From: Puniceicoccaceae bacterium
Lineage (GTDB): Bacteria > Verrucomicrobiota > Verrucomicrobiia > Opitutales > Oceanipulchritudinaceae
Assembly (NCBI GenBank): GCA_040830765.1
Contig: JBFOMH010000013.1
Span: forward strand, 1-64,000
Length of the DNA: 64,000 bases
Direction of reading: 5' to 3'
Within the stretch, counting starts at the first letter, position 1. Each line of letters begins with the position of its first letter. The position numbers were made by a program, and so were the translations under genes. The notes under the pieces were generated by a model that saw only the letters and a program-made list of their open reading frames with translations, was not told the origin of the DNA and did not search any database. Positions 35,936 to 47,015 of the stretch are shown one piece after another.

Positions 35936-36943
35936 TCAGGCCTTCAGCTTGATGACTTCCTCGGCGATCTGGACCGCGTTGAGTGCGGCCCCCTTGAGCA
36001 GCTGATCACCCACGACGAAAAAGGCCAGTCCGTTGTCGAGGGCGGAATCGATTCGCAGGCGCCCCACCCCGCACTTGTCCTTGCCGGAGTACTGCAACGG
36101 CGTCGGATAAACATTGTTCGCGGGATCATCGCACAATTCCGCTCCGTCAAAGGAACGCACTGCCTCGCGAGCGGCTTCCAGATCAACCGGTCGTTCAAAC
36201 TCCGCATGGACCGCTATCGCGTGTGCCCGCATTACCGGCACCCGGACGCAAGTGGTACTGGCTCCCAATTCTGGCAAAGACATGATCTTGCGGCTCTCGT
36301 TGAGCATCTTGTGCTCCTCCTTGGTGTAACCGTCGTCGAAGAAAACATCCACATGCGGAAAGAGGTTGAAGGCGATCGGGTGGGCGTAATTTTCCGGGGG
36401 GCACTCAGTGCCCTCGTACCATGCCCGGAGCTGCTTCTCCAGTTCCTGCATCCCGGCTACACCGCTCCCCGAAACCGCCTGGTAAGTGCAGGCGACGAAG
36501 CGCTTGACGCCAAATGCCTGATGTAAGGGATGCAATCCCATCAGGGTAATAGCTGTTGAGCAGTTCGGGTTGGCGATAATGCCCTTGTGACCAGCCACTG
36601 CCCTGGCATTGATTTCCGGAACTACCAGGGGAACCTCCGGATCCATGCGGAAAGCGGAGCTGTTGTCGACAACCACACATCCCCGCGCGGCCGCCTCCGG
36701 AGCAAGGGTCTTGGTAATGGTTGCCCCCGCGCTGAAGAGCGCGATGTCCATCCCGTCAAACGCTTCGGGCCGGGCTTCCTCAATGACAAAGGTCTTGTCT
36801 TCGAAGCGGATTTCCTTGCCTGCGGAACGCCCGGAGGCCAATAACTTGAGCGAGGAGAAAGGGATTCCCCGCTCATGCACCAATCGAATGAGCTCCTGGC
36901 CAACCGCTCCGGTTGCGCCGACTATGCCAATTGAAACTGCCAT
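35936..36943 (-). CDS. asd: Aspartate-semialdehyde dehydrogenase
   Basis: GATGAVG, DNSSAFRM, ANPNCST, CVRVPV, KGAALNAVQIAE. Confidence 0.96.
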   Translation of the reverse strand: MAVSIGIVGATGAVGQELIRLVHERGIPFSSLKLLASGRSAGKEIRFEDKTFVIEEARPEAFDGMDIALFSAGATITKTLAPEAAARGCVVVDNSSAFRMDPEVPLVVPEINARAVAGHKGIIANPNCSTAITLMGLHPLHQAFGVKRFVACTYQAVSGSGVAGMQELEKQLRAWYEGTECPPENYAHPIAFNLFPHVDVFFDDGYTKEEHKMLNESRKIMSLPELGASTTCVRVPVMRAHAIAVHAEFERPVDLEAAREAVRSFDGAELCDDPANNVYPTPLQYSGKDKCGVGRLRIDSALDNGLAFFVVGDQLLKGAALNAVQIAEEVIKLKA

Positions 36944-36949
36944 TTTCCA

Positions 36950-37504
36950 GTGACTGATTTGAATGCTTATTTCGCCTGCCTCGAAGGACATGGCCTGAAA
37001 CGAACGGACCATGTCCTCCTGGCCTCGCTTGGCGAGAAAATTCTACACCACTGGCAGGGCGACACCTGCATTTCCAGCTACCCGATTTCCTTCAGCAAGC
37101 GTCCCCTCTCCTGCCAGGAAGGCTCACTTGGAACACCCTGGGGATTGCATGTCATTGCGGCCAAGCATGGACAGGATTCCCCACCAGGAATGGTCTTCAA
37201 GGGACGGGTTGCCACTGGCGAGCGCTGGCAGGACATGGCACCGGACACAGAGGACCGCAGCCTGGTGACCACCCGTATCCTCCGGTTGAAAGGCCTTGAA
37301 CCGGGGCTCAATAAAGGTCCCGGAATGGATTCCTTCGATCGCTACATCTACATCCACGGGACCAATCACCCGGAGCGGTTCCCGGACAACATATCCGCCG
37401 GCTGCATCCTCATGCTCGATGAGCCGCTGATGGAGCTTTTCGAGAGGGTTCCCGAAGGCAGCCATGTCTTCATCAGCCCGCCAGAGACGGGCCCTCCTTC
37501 ATGA
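36950..37504 (+). CDS. L,D-transpeptidase (YkuD) family protein
   Basis: TPWG, IYIHGT...SAGCI catalytic motif; start uncertain. Confidence 0.82.
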   Translation: MTDLNAYFACLEGHGLKRTDHVLLASLGEKILHHWQGDTCISSYPISFSKRPLSCQEGSLGTPWGLHVIAAKHGQDSPPGMVFKGRVATGERWQDMAPDTEDRSLVTTRILRLKGLEPGLNKGPGMDSFDRYIYIHGTNHPERFPDNISAGCILMLDEPLMELFERVPEGSHVFISPPETGPPS

Positions 37505-37581
37505 CTCCCGGAGGGTCCGCGTCCCGCGGACCAATCCATTGATTGAATTGCCAACCACTTCGGAACAACTACCCTGATATC

Positions 37582-38934
37582 ATGCGCTTGAGCGTCCTCG
37601 ATCTCTATACCATCGGTATTGGCCCGTCCTCTTCGCATACGGTCGGGCCGATGCGGGCCGCTGCACAGTTCGCCGCAAAAGTTGCCGGACAGTCGCCTAA
37701 CCGCATCAAGGTTGAGCTATTCGGCTCCCTGGCCATGACCGGGCGCGGTCACGGGACCCATCTGGCTATTGTCGCCGGACTGTCAGGTGAACTGCCGGAA
37801 AGCGTCAATCCGCAAAGCCTCCCCGAAACATGGAAGGCCGCCGAAACCAGCCATACCGTTCCACTGGATGGCAAATCCCCTTTTCCCTTTAAACCCGAGA
37901 AGGACCTGATTTTCAACCGCCGCAAGGTGCTCCCCTTTCATCCCAACGGGATGCAGTTCACGGCCTTTGATGAAAACGAAAAGGTACTGGCCAGTGAAAC
38001 CCTCTACTCCGTCGGCGGCGGATTTGTCGTTCGGGAGACGGATCCGCAGGCGGAAACACGTCCTTGCGCCTATCCTTTTACGACCGGAGAAGAGTTGCTC
38101 GAGTGGACCCAAAAGTGCCCCTTGCCAGTTTCGGCAATCGTCCGGGAGAACGAGACTGCCTGGCGACCGGCCAGGGAGACCAGCAAACGCCTCGATGCCA
38201 TTTGGTCGGCCATGCAGGGCTGTGTCGATGCCGGGTTGCATGCCGAAGGTTCCCTGCCGGGCGGCTTGAAGGTTCCCCGCCGCGCCCCTGGTCTCTACCG
38301 CAAGCTTTGCGAACGCCCGGAATCCGCCCTGCGCGATTCCCTGACTATCCTCGACTGGGTCGATGTCTACGCGATCGCGGTTAACGAGGAGAATGCCTGT
38401 GGCGGGCGCGTGGTAACAGCCCCTACCAACGGGGCTGCGGGGATTATCCCGGCGGTCATGCACTACTGTGATCGCTTCCTTTCTTCTCCGACCAAAAACT
38501 GGCACCGTGACTTCCTCCTGACCGCGGGGGCCATTGGCCTCCTCTTCAAGGAAAATGCCTCCATCAGCGGAGCTGACGTTGGCTGCCAGGGGGAAGTTGG
38601 CGTGGCTTGTTCGATGGCCGCCGGAGCGCTCGCGGAATTCATGGGCGGCTCACCACTACAAGTGGAAAACGCCGCCGAGATCGGCATGGAACACAACCTC
38701 GGCCTGACCTGCGACCCGGTCGGTGGCCTGGTCCAGATTCCCTGCATCGAGCGCAACGCAATGGGCGCGGTCAAGGCCATCAATGCCGCCCGTATAGCTG
38801 TGCGCGGCGATGGACAGCACTCCGTCAGTCTCGATGCCGTCATCCGCACCATGCGGGAAACCGGCAAGGACATGCGCCGCAAATACAAGGAAACCTCCCG
38901 CGGCGGCCTCGCCGTGAATGTGGTTGAGTGTTGA
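37582..38934 (+). CDS. sdaA: L-serine ammonia-lyase (Fe-S, single chain)
   Basis: [41 protein letters not shown]. Confidence 0.96.
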   Translation: MRLSVLDLYTIGIGPSSSHTVGPMRAAAQFAAKVAGQSPNRIKVELFGSLAMTGRGHGTHLAIVAGLSGELPESVNPQSLPETWKAAETSHTVPLDGKSPFPFKPEKDLIFNRRKVLPFHPNGMQFTAFDENEKVLASETLYSVGGGFVVRETDPQAETRPCAYPFTTGEELLEWTQKCPLPVSAIVRENETAWRPARETSKRLDAIWSAMQGCVDAGLHAEGSLPGGLKVPRRAPGLYRKLCERPESALRDSLTILDWVDVYAIAVNEENACGGRVVTAPTNGAAGIIPAVMHYCDRFLSSPTKNWHRDFLLTAGAIGLLFKENASISGADVGCQGEVGVACSMAAGALAEFMGGSPLQVENAAEIGMEHNLGLTCDPVGGLVQIPCIERNAMGAVKAINAARIAVRGDGQHSVSLDAVIRTMRETGKDMRRKYKETSRGGLAVNVVEC

Positions 38935-38939
38935 GCCAG

Positions 38940-39045
38940 CTACAGGCGGGACGCCTGTAGTCTGTTGACGTACAGACGAGAGGCCTGTCCTACGTTCCAT
39001 CGCTGAGCGCTAAAGCCCAAAGGACTACAGGCATCTTGCCTGTAG
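38940..39045. repeat. Cluster of REP-like 21-bp palindromes between convergent genes
   Basis: CTACAGGCGGGACGCCTGTAG (38940), degenerate copy (38970), CTACAGGCATCTTGCCTGTAG (39025). Confidence 0.8.
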
Positions 39046-39048
39046 ATC

Positions 39049-41613
39049 CTAAAACCGGTAACCCGCGGTCAGCTGCCAGCGACGGCCGGAGCCCTGCAAT
39101 ATTAGCGTGCTGGCGGAAAACACCGGTTCCTGGCCAATCCAATACTCCTTGTCGAAGATGTTTTCGACGTGCAGACGGGCCCACCAGTTGTCGGCATCGT
39201 AACGCAATTGCGCTCCCCAGAGGACATAACCGGGAATGTGCAGCGCATGCTGCATGTCATGGTAGTATCCATCCCGCCAGATGGGTCCGCCGGCCACCTG
39301 CCAGCCCTCAGCAAATTCCCAGGCGGCATAGAGGTGGGCGGAAACTTCCGGCAGCCCGGCAAAAACCATTTCCGGATTATCGGGCGCGGAGCGACCGCCA
39401 GTGGCACTGAGGATGCCCCCGTTCAAGGCCCAGCCCTCCTCGGTTTGCGGAAGAGCCCCAAATCCAAGGACATCGCTGCGCAGGTAAACCCGCTGGGCCG
39501 TAAATGCCCCCAGGACGGTCAATATTTCCACCGGTGACCAGGTCACCTCCACCTCAAGGCCCTTGGCCCGCAGCGGGCGCGCTGAGGCATCACGGGTGGA
39601 AAAGGTCGCCTGGTCCCAATGGTACAGACTGACCGAGGCATAGAGGGTGTCATCGAGCAGGCTGGTCTTGATACCGCCTTCGAACAGCTCCACGTCGGTA
39701 AAGCTATCCGGCCCGGAAACTGTCCCCCCGTCACCCGGGGCAAGCGCCTTGCCCATTTGCAGCGCTCCATAGACGAAAACCCCCGGCATCACCTCCAAAT
39801 GCGGATTCAAGTGAACCTGCCAAAGGAACTCGTCCCCGTCCGCGGCACTGGACTCCCGCTGCGCATCCGAAACCCGGTCGACTTGCGGCGGCAGGGCCAC
39901 ATCGTAGAATGCTTCCTCGACGCGGCCCCCGTAGTAGAGTTTAAACCGGTCACCGGCCTGCAGAACCCCGCTCGTGTAGAGGGCAGCTTGGGTCAGCTCC
40001 GAATCCAAGCTCGCCGTGCCGAAACTGGACCAGGAATTCAGCCCGTCTGGTCCATCCGCCCCGCCTGCCCGGATGAGACTGTTGCCACTGATTGTTTCAC
40101 GGGTCAGGTCACGCCGGGAGAAGGGCTCCGCGTCGAAGTCCTGCAGGACATGGGCATCCGTGTAGCGCAGGTCCAGCCCGACTGAGAAACGGTTCTCCGG
40201 ATTGGCAATGAATCCCTGGTACTCGGTTTTCCCCTGCAGGACCAACTGGTCATGCTTGAAGGCGAATCCGTAGGTGGAAATCTTCTCCGTCTGGAGCCGT
40301 TCCATAAAAAAGCGCGTCACCAGCCGACTGTCGTTATCAAGGCGCGTTTCGAGGTCCGCAAAGGCGATGTAGTCCCGCGAGTCCGCCTTGTCGTCGGGAT
40401 CGGCAAGGACCCGGTTATTTTGTAGTGTATCGGTCAATACACTTCCGCCGGCGGCAAAGTATTCCGGAGTGTAGACATAGGCATCCTGCGCCTGGCGGTC
40501 GACCTGCCCGAGATATTCAACCGCATCATCATATCCCCATGCGGCGAAGCCGGGCACTTCGGAGATCGGCAGCGGGGTCAGCAGATCCTCGACCACGGAG
40601 AGGTCATTGAGGTCATACATTGTATCCAACAAAGCCGGATCGATCCGCTCGCGGGCCACGTTGCCGGGAACGGCCAGCGCGAAGAGTCCCGGGTTGACGG
40701 AAAATGTATAAGGAAAGGCCACCAGTGGACGGACCACTTCACCACCCCATTGGGCGGACGTCAGCAGGGCCGGCTCCCCGATGACGTAGCTGTAGTCCTC
40801 CAGCAGCTCCCGGGTCGGCCGGTTGATGCCCGGAACCTCGCTGCTGCGGAAGTCATAGATCTCCCCACCGACAAAGAGGCGATTCCGCTCCGAAAGCTTC
40901 ATCTTCACCGAAGCGTAGAAGGAGTCAAAGTCATGGGGGACATTCTCATAATAACGGTCGGACCGGTGGTGCGTGTATGAGACCCGGTAAGCCGCCGGTT
41001 TGCCCAGCAGCATCAACGGAGCGCCATAATCCAGGTGCACCTCCCGCTGATCCCACGAGCCGACCTCCAGCTCAATGGATCCCCGGGCCTTGTCAAAGTA
41101 CGGGCTCTTGGGCCGCTGGTTGACCGCTCCCCCGACAAGTGTCGGGCTCATCGAGGCGGGGACCGGGCCCTTGATGATCTCGAGGCCGTCGAGGGCCCCG
41201 AAACTCATCGGCATCTCATTGCGCTGGTAGGCGCGGAGCATGCCGTTGAAGTAAGTACCCGCGCGTGTCCCGCGGAGAAAGGCCGACCCCGCAAGGCCGA
41301 AGTAATTCAGCCGCTGGGTGCCCGCCCCGAAGCGGTCAAGAGACTCATAGGAGTCAATCTGAAGAAGCTCGCGCAGCTCCGGCGACAACACTGTCACGGC
41401 ACGGGGAATCTCCAGCACCGTCTGGTCCTCCCCGAAGAAGGAGTCCAGCCGCATGCTGAGCGGTGAGAGCGTTTCCGGTTGAGTCTGGGCGGTTTCCTCG
41501 ACGATAAACGCCTCTAGCTCATGCACAACATGGCTTTCCTCGTTATCTCCTCGAAGGCTGGTTGCTGCTAACAGCCCCATGGCCCAGACAGGCCATCGTT
41601 TGATCGATTTCAT
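39049..41613 (-). CDS. TonB-dependent receptor
   Basis: Signal peptide, PRAVTV plug, EIIKGP, ENIFDKEY, C-terminal YRF. Confidence 0.88.
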   Translation of the reverse strand: MKSIKRWPVWAMGLLAATSLRGDNEESHVVHELEAFIVEETAQTQPETLSPLSMRLDSFFGEDQTVLEIPRAVTVLSPELRELLQIDSYESLDRFGAGTQRLNYFGLAGSAFLRGTRAGTYFNGMLRAYQRNEMPMSFGALDGLEIIKGPVPASMSPTLVGGAVNQRPKSPYFDKARGSIELEVGSWDQREVHLDYGAPLMLLGKPAAYRVSYTHHRSDRYYENVPHDFDSFYASVKMKLSERNRLFVGGEIYDFRSSEVPGINRPTRELLEDYSYVIGEPALLTSAQWGGEVVRPLVAFPYTFSVNPGLFALAVPGNVARERIDPALLDTMYDLNDLSVVEDLLTPLPISEVPGFAAWGYDDAVEYLGQVDRQAQDAYVYTPEYFAAGGSVLTDTLQNNRVLADPDDKADSRDYIAFADLETRLDNDSRLVTRFFMERLQTEKISTYGFAFKHDQLVLQGKTEYQGFIANPENRFSVGLDLRYTDAHVLQDFDAEPFSRRDLTRETISGNSLIRAGGADGPDGLNSWSSFGTASLDSELTQAALYTSGVLQAGDRFKLYYGGRVEEAFYDVALPPQVDRVSDAQRESSAADGDEFLWQVHLNPHLEVMPGVFVYGALQMGKALAPGDGGTVSGPDSFTDVELFEGGIKTSLLDDTLYASVSLYHWDQATFSTRDASARPLRAKGLEVEVTWSPVEILTVLGAFTAQRVYLRSDVLGFGALPQTEEGWALNGGILSATGGRSAPDNPEMVFAGLPEVSAHLYAAWEFAEGWQVAGGPIWRDGYYHDMQHALHIPGYVLWGAQLRYDADNWWARLHVENIFDKEYWIGQEPVFSASTLILQGSGRRWQLTAGYRF

Positions 41614-41696
41614 GCAGTTTTCGTTTGAGGATAAGAACACTTCAATGATCAGTGAACCATTGAAGAATCCGCACAGTGGCGAAATCGAAACGGATT

Positions 41697-42725
41697 TCAA
41701 CCAGCTTTTTGGAAAAGATAGTGGGAGACCATCCATTCCTTTCCGTTACGGTAACGGAAGAGCTCGCTGCAGGCCATGTAGAACATCCTCCAGCGCTGGA
41801 TCCAGAGACGGGCGGCCTCCGGTGAGCCATAGGTTTCCTCAAACAGGGGAACCAGTTCCTTTTCCACCGCGTCCTGCTTCTCCAGCCATGCCTCAAGGGT
41901 CTTGCTGTAATGGACCCCGTTAACCCGCCAGTGCTGCTCGATCGTCAGGTCATCCTGGAAACGGAGGAGAAGGTCGTCACTTGGCATCGTTCCTCCGGTG
42001 AAGAAGTAATTGGCCATCCAGTCATCCGGGTCACCGGTATCATCGAAGTGGTAGGCAAAATGACGGTGAGTGAAGATGTGGACGAATAGCTTACCGCCCG
42101 GCTTGAGCCAGGAGTGGATACGCCGGAGCAGCTCCTGGTAGTTCTTCATGTGCTCGAACATTTCCACCGAGACAACCCGGTCAAACGTCCCTTCCGGTTG
42201 AAAGCCATTCATATCGGCCGTGATGACCTCGACGTTGTCCAGTCCCCGCTCGCGAGCCCGTTCGAGAATGAAGGCCCGCTGGGTCCGCGAGTTGGAGACC
42301 GCTGTCACCGTCGCCTCCGGGTAGTGCTGCGCCATCCACAGGGTGAGACTCCCCCACCCGCACCCGAGTTCCAGGATGCGCTGCCCATTAGCCAGGCCGG
42401 CCCGCCGGCAACTGAGCTCCAGCATGGCCGCTTCACTCTCCTCCAAGGTAGTTGAAGTCGACTCCCACCAACCACAGCTGTACTTCAGGCAAGGGCCAAG
42501 GACCTTGAGGAAATACTCCGTCGGCAGTTCGTAGTGCTGCTCATTGGCCTTGTCGGTCTCGATGGCCACCGGGCTTGCTTTCAATTCCTCGACAAAGGCA
42601 TTGATGCTCTCCTCCTTGCCTTCCGCCTGTTCCTTGCGCAGCCGCTCAGCGAGCAGGCGGCGCATGCCGATACGGATCAGAAAATCGGGGAGAAGGCGTT
42701 TGTCGGCTAAGTGTACTAGATTCAT
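41697..42725 (-). CDS. SAM-dependent methyltransferase, cyclopropane-fatty-acid synthase / coclaurine N-methyltransferase-like
   Basis: ANEQHYE, KYS, LELGCGWGS, SVEMFEHMKNY, FFTGG. Confidence 0.9.
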   Translation of the reverse strand: MNLVHLADKRLLPDFLIRIGMRRLLAERLRKEQAEGKEESINAFVEELKASPVAIETDKANEQHYELPTEYFLKVLGPCLKYSCGWWESTSTTLEESEAAMLELSCRRAGLANGQRILELGCGWGSLTLWMAQHYPEATVTAVSNSRTQRAFILERARERGLDNVEVITADMNGFQPEGTFDRVVSVEMFEHMKNYQELLRRIHSWLKPGGKLFVHIFTHRHFAYHFDDTGDPDDWMANYFFTGGTMPSDDLLLRFQDDLTIEQHWRVNGVHYSKTLEAWLEKQDAVEKELVPLFEETYGSPEAARLWIQRWRMFYMACSELFRYRNGKEWMVSHYLFQKAG

Positions 42726-42731
42726 GTGTCG

Positions 42732-44117
42732 TTACTCCGTTTTACGAGAAAGGATTTCCGCCTTGGCCTGTTGGATGGATTCCTGACGCTCCCTGTTGAT
42801 CGGTGTAAGCAGAAAAACAAAACTGGCCAGAATAAACAAACTGCCCACACCGGCACCGAACAACCAGGCAAGGTTGCGGCCGGTCTGCTCGGATTGTTCG
42901 GCAAGGGACTCCTCATAACCGATCAGGTTCAAGAGGATGCCGGAAAGACCAAGGGTAATTGAACGGGCGACCTTTTGACCCATTCGCCAGAATCCGAAGT
43001 AGATCCCCTCGCGGTCCTCCCGGTTGCGGACAAAATCCTCGTCGGCAATATCCGTCAGGAGGGACTCGACGAGGATAACCGCCCCGACGGCAATGCCGCC
43101 TATGATAGCGGCGATGATCGGCCCCTGCACCGAGCCTTGGGGAAAGAGCGGATAGGCGATAACCGTCATGAGCCCGAGGGTCAGCATCCCGCTGAATGCC
43201 GGGAGCTTCTTGCCATATCGGCGCCCGATCCAGACCCAGAAGGGAACGGACAGGACAATGCACAAGGTGAAGATGCTGAGAATGGGTCCCTGGACTGCCG
43301 CCTCAGGGAGTTTCAGGCTGTCCTTGTAATATGGCAGGGCCAGCGTCGAGTTCATCGTCCGGGCCATGGCGGCAATGATGAAGGCGGCAAAGAAAGGCAG
43401 GAAGACCGGATTGGTCAGGATGCGGCTGAGGTTATGGATGAAGTCCTTCCAATGAAAGGTTCCTTCCGGTGCAGGCAGATCAAGGGAGCGTTTCCACGTC
43501 GCCATCACAGTGATTCCCGCTGTCAGGATGACAATCCCTCCCATGAACAGGCTGCCCAGTCCCCGGCTTTGTCCCAGGCCCTCAAGGGTGGCCACGTCAT
43601 TGCCGTTAACCGAGGCCGCCAGCAATGGCGACAGGATGCCGGCAAAGAGCCCCAGCGTCCCGAAGACCAGTCGCCAGCCGTAAAGCTCCGTCCGCTCGTG
43701 GGTGTCCGACGATAAAACCCCGCCCATCGCGATGTGCGGCACACCGATAATGGTCAAGCCGGTATTGACCAGAATGTAGCTGAATAGCAGATACAAAAAG
43801 ATCATCCACTGGCCGTCCCAGCCCGGCGGATTGAAGAGCGCCATCAGGCCCAGTCCGAAAAGCAGTCCACCGGCGGCAAAATAGGGAGCGAACCGGCCGA
43901 AGCGGCTCCGCGTGCGGTCGACAATCCCACCCATGAGCGGATCCGTGATCGCGTCCCAGAGAATGGCCAGGGCGAGTGCGATGCCGGCCAGTGCCGGGGA
44001 CAGTCCGGCCGAGCGGATGTAGAACTCAAGCAGGTATAATTGCAGGAGCAGCTCGCCCCCGGCCAGCCCCAGCTCGGCGGTTCCGTAGCCCGCCTTGATG
44101 CGTTTTGGGAGAGGCAT
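42732..44117 (-). CDS. MFS transporter, GPH/MelB family
   Basis: WDAITDPLMG..DRTRSRFGR, ERT.L, REGIYFG. Confidence 0.88.
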   Translation of the reverse strand: MPLPKRIKAGYGTAELGLAGGELLLQLYLLEFYIRSAGLSPALAGIALALAILWDAITDPLMGGIVDRTRSRFGRFAPYFAAGGLLFGLGLMALFNPPGWDGQWMIFLYLLFSYILVNTGLTIIGVPHIAMGGVLSSDTHERTELYGWRLVFGTLGLFAGILSPLLAASVNGNDVATLEGLGQSRGLGSLFMGGIVILTAGITVMATWKRSLDLPAPEGTFHWKDFIHNLSRILTNPVFLPFFAAFIIAAMARTMNSTLALPYYKDSLKLPEAAVQGPILSIFTLCIVLSVPFWVWIGRRYGKKLPAFSGMLTLGLMTVIAYPLFPQGSVQGPIIAAIIGGIAVGAVILVESLLTDIADEDFVRNREDREGIYFGFWRMGQKVARSITLGLSGILLNLIGYEESLAEQSEQTGRNLAWLFGAGVGSLFILASFVFLLTPINRERQESIQQAKAEILSRKTE

Positions 44118-44121
44118 TCGT

Positions 44122-44862
44122 TCAAGCCCTCGGCTTGGGCACGATAGTACCCATGCCCCCATCCATGGAAATCACCTGGCCGGTCATCCATGAAGCATCA
44201 TCGGAGAGCATCCATGCCGCAAGGGAAGAAATTTCGTCGGCTTCCCCCACTCGTCCAAGCGGATGCATCCGCTCGGAAATGCGCAAGGCCTGCTCACTGG
44301 AAGTCAGCATGGAAGTCGCCGGTGTCTTGACCAGACCCGGGGCAATGGCGTTGGCCCGGATACCGTTGGAGGCATAGGTCGCCGCAATGGAACGGACCAG
44401 TCCGGAAACACCTCCCTTGGCCGCGGCGATCGCCTCGTGGTTGGAGAGACCGGCCTGGGCGGCTACCGAACTGAAAAATAACAATGTTCCTTGCCGCTGC
44501 TTGCGCATGTGTCCGATACAGGCCCGGGCGGCGTAGAAGGCCGAATCCAGATTAATACCAATCACCTCCCGCCAATCCTCATCCGAGAGCATGTGCAAAG
44601 GCTTTAGGGAAACATTCCCCACCGCATGGACATAGGCATCCAGCCCGCCCTTTTCATCAACAAAGGATTCAACCGCTTGGGCAACTGCTGCGGAGTCGGT
44701 CGCGTCTGCAGGATAGATGGACAATTCCGGGACAGCACCCTTGAGGGCATCGAGTTTCTCACCCGGACGCCCAAATCCGCCGACAGCATGGCCATCGGAC
44801 AATAGTCGTTTAACCAGGGTTGAACCAATCCCCCCAGCGACACCTCCTAATAATATTCGCAT
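44122..44862 (-). CDS. SDR family oxidoreductase
   Basis: GVAGGIG, NLDS, SS, atypical IAAAK in place of YxxxK, NAIAPG, TGQ...DGG. Confidence 0.88.
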   Translation of the reverse strand: MRILLGGVAGGIGSTLVKRLLSDGHAVGGFGRPGEKLDALKGAVPELSIYPADATDSAAVAQAVESFVDEKGGLDAYVHAVGNVSLKPLHMLSDEDWREVIGINLDSAFYAARACIGHMRKQRQGTLLFFSSVAAQAGLSNHEAIAAAKGGVSGLVRSIAATYASNGIRANAIAPGLVKTPATSMLTSSEQALRISERMHPLGRVGEADEISSLAAWMLSDDASWMTGQVISMDGGMGTIVPKPRA

Positions 44863-45010
44863 GTTGGTATAAAACCACGGGATTAGCCGATTCGCCAGCA
44901 AGGGGCCTGTTTCTGGTCAAAATCAGGGAAGAACGGGGATTTTGTCTGGATTACGGTGCTTCTGCCATTGCCTGTACAGGGAATAATTCCACACTGTGCC
45001 CCTTTGCCTG

Positions 45011-46981
45011 ATGTTGCTGACGGTCAACAACCTCAATCTTGCCTATGGCCCGAAGACCATCTTCCGGGATGCTTCCTGCATGGTGCAGCCTCGGGCGCGG
45101 ACGGGGCTGGTCGGTCCAAACGGCAGCGGCAAAACCACCCTGTTGAAAATCATCAACGGCAGGGGTGAGGCCGACCAAGTCGTCATCGAAACCCGTAATG
45201 ATGTCTGCTTCGGCTACCTGCAACAGGAAGGCATTGTCCTTCAGGACCGGGCCATCATCGATGAGGTGGAGGCGGCCGCCAGCGACGTCCAATCGCTGAA
45301 GGAACACCTTCACCGGACGGAAGTGGAGTTGCAAAAGCTTCCCGAGGACTCGGAGGAATACGCCGAATGCCTCGACCGCTTCAGCCACTATACCACGCAA
45401 CTCCAGGACCTTGAGGCCCACAAGCTGCGGTCCAAGGCGGAAAGCATTCTCTTCGGACTGGGGTTCCGGCAAGCCGACCTTGAACGGCCCTGCGGGGAAT
45501 TCTCCGGTGGCTGGCAGATGCGCATCGCTCTTGCCCGGTTGCTGCTGGAAGAGCCCGACCTGTTGATGCTGGACGAACCGACCAATCACCTCGACCTCGA
45601 TTCACTGCGCTGGTTGGAGAATTTTCTCAAGACCTACGCTGGGGCAGTCCTCCTGATCTCCCACGACCGGGCTCTGCTGGACCAGCTCTGCTCCAGCATC
45701 CTCTCGATTGAAGCCGGCAAGCTGGTACCCTACACCGGCAACTATTCTTCCTTCCTGGAGCAGCGCGTGGAACGTCTGGAGCAGTTGGAGAAGGCCCGCA
45801 AGAGCCAGGACCGGAAGATCGCCCAGACAGAGCGCTTTATTGAGCGCTTCCGCTACAAGGCGACCAAGGCCCGCCAGGTCCAGAGCCGGATCAAGCAATT
45901 GGACAAGATCGAGCGCATCGGGACCGAGCAGTCCGACAAGACCATCCACTTTGAATTCCCTTTATCCCGCAAAAGCGGGCACCAAATCGTGGCCGCGGAG
46001 AACATCGACAAGGCCTACGGGGATATCCGGGTTTTCAAAAACTTCTCTCTTAATATCGAAAAGGGCGACCGCATCGGGGTAGTCGGGCTCAACGGGGCCG
46101 GGAAGTCCACCCTGGCCCGGATCCTTGCCGGTCGCGAGTCCGCAGATGCTGGCGAAGTCACATCGGGTTACCAAGTCGACATTGGCTACTTTGCCCAAGA
46201 CCAGAGTGAGGAGCTGGATACGGAACAAAGCGTCTTCACCGTTGCCTCCGCTCCACCGGTGAAGGCCACCGACACGCATATCCGGTCCATCCTCGGTGCC
46301 TTCCTTTTTACGGAAGACGACATGGCCAAGCCGGTCAGTGTCCTCTCCGGGGGAGAAAAGAACCGTCTCGCGCTGGCCCGGCTCCTTCTCTGCCCCTCGA
46401 ATTTCCTCATCCTCGACGAGCCGACCAACCACCTCGACATGGCCAGCAAGGAGGTCCTGCAGGAGGCATTGCAGACCTTTCCCGGAACAACTTTCGTCGT
46501 CTCCCACGACCGGCACTTCCTTAATCCGGTGGTCAACAAGATACTCGAGATTCAGCCCGGCAGCTACCGCAGTTTTCCCGGGAACCTTGATGACTACATG
46601 TGGAAGATCGATCAAGAGGCGGGACAGGGCGCTAGCGACAAGCGGCTGGCACCTTCCCAAGCGGGCTCATCGCCGAATACCTCCCGCCCTGCTTCCCCTG
46701 AAAATCCCAAGGAGCGTCGCCGCCGCCAGGCACAGCTACAACAGAAGCGGGCCCCATTGAGGAAGAAGTTGCAACAGCTGGAGGCAACCATCGAGTCACT
46801 GGAATCGAACATTGCTTCCCGGGAAACCGAAATGGCGGACAAGGCCTTCTTTGAACAAGGGGAATCCACTGCCAACAAGGTGCGGGAATATGAGGATTGG
46901 AAACGGAAGCTGGCCGTTGCCATGGAGGATTGGGAACAAGCCGCAGCTGAATTGGAATCACTGGAGTCAGAAAACAGGTAA
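45011..46981 (+). CDS. ABC-F family ATPase
   Basis: Two ABC cassettes (GPNGSGKT/SGG/LDEPTNHLD; GLNGAGKS/SGGE/LDEPTNHLD), no TM segments, C-terminal coiled coil. Confidence 0.93.
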   Translation: MLLTVNNLNLAYGPKTIFRDASCMVQPRARTGLVGPNGSGKTTLLKIINGRGEADQVVIETRNDVCFGYLQQEGIVLQDRAIIDEVEAAASDVQSLKEHLHRTEVELQKLPEDSEEYAECLDRFSHYTTQLQDLEAHKLRSKAESILFGLGFRQADLERPCGEFSGGWQMRIALARLLLEEPDLLMLDEPTNHLDLDSLRWLENFLKTYAGAVLLISHDRALLDQLCSSILSIEAGKLVPYTGNYSSFLEQRVERLEQLEKARKSQDRKIAQTERFIERFRYKATKARQVQSRIKQLDKIERIGTEQSDKTIHFEFPLSRKSGHQIVAAENIDKAYGDIRVFKNFSLNIEKGDRIGVVGLNGAGKSTLARILAGRESADAGEVTSGYQVDIGYFAQDQSEELDTEQSVFTVASAPPVKATDTHIRSILGAFLFTEDDMAKPVSVLSGGEKNRLALARLLLCPSNFLILDEPTNHLDMASKEVLQEALQTFPGTTFVVSHDRHFLNPVVNKILEIQPGSYRSFPGNLDDYMWKIDQEAGQGASDKRLAPSQAGSSPNTSRPASPENPKERRRRQAQLQQKRAPLRKKLQQLEATIESLESNIASRETEMADKAFFEQGESTANKVREYEDWKRKLAVAMEDWEQAAAELESLESENR

Positions 46982-47015
46982 TGCCAAGTATTTGATCGGT
47001 CAGTTTTCCAAAGGA

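Noticed and set aside
41614..41700. Cobalamin or other riboswitch ahead of the TonB-dependent receptor
   Set aside because: The gap is only ~83 bp and has no recognisable aptamer motif.
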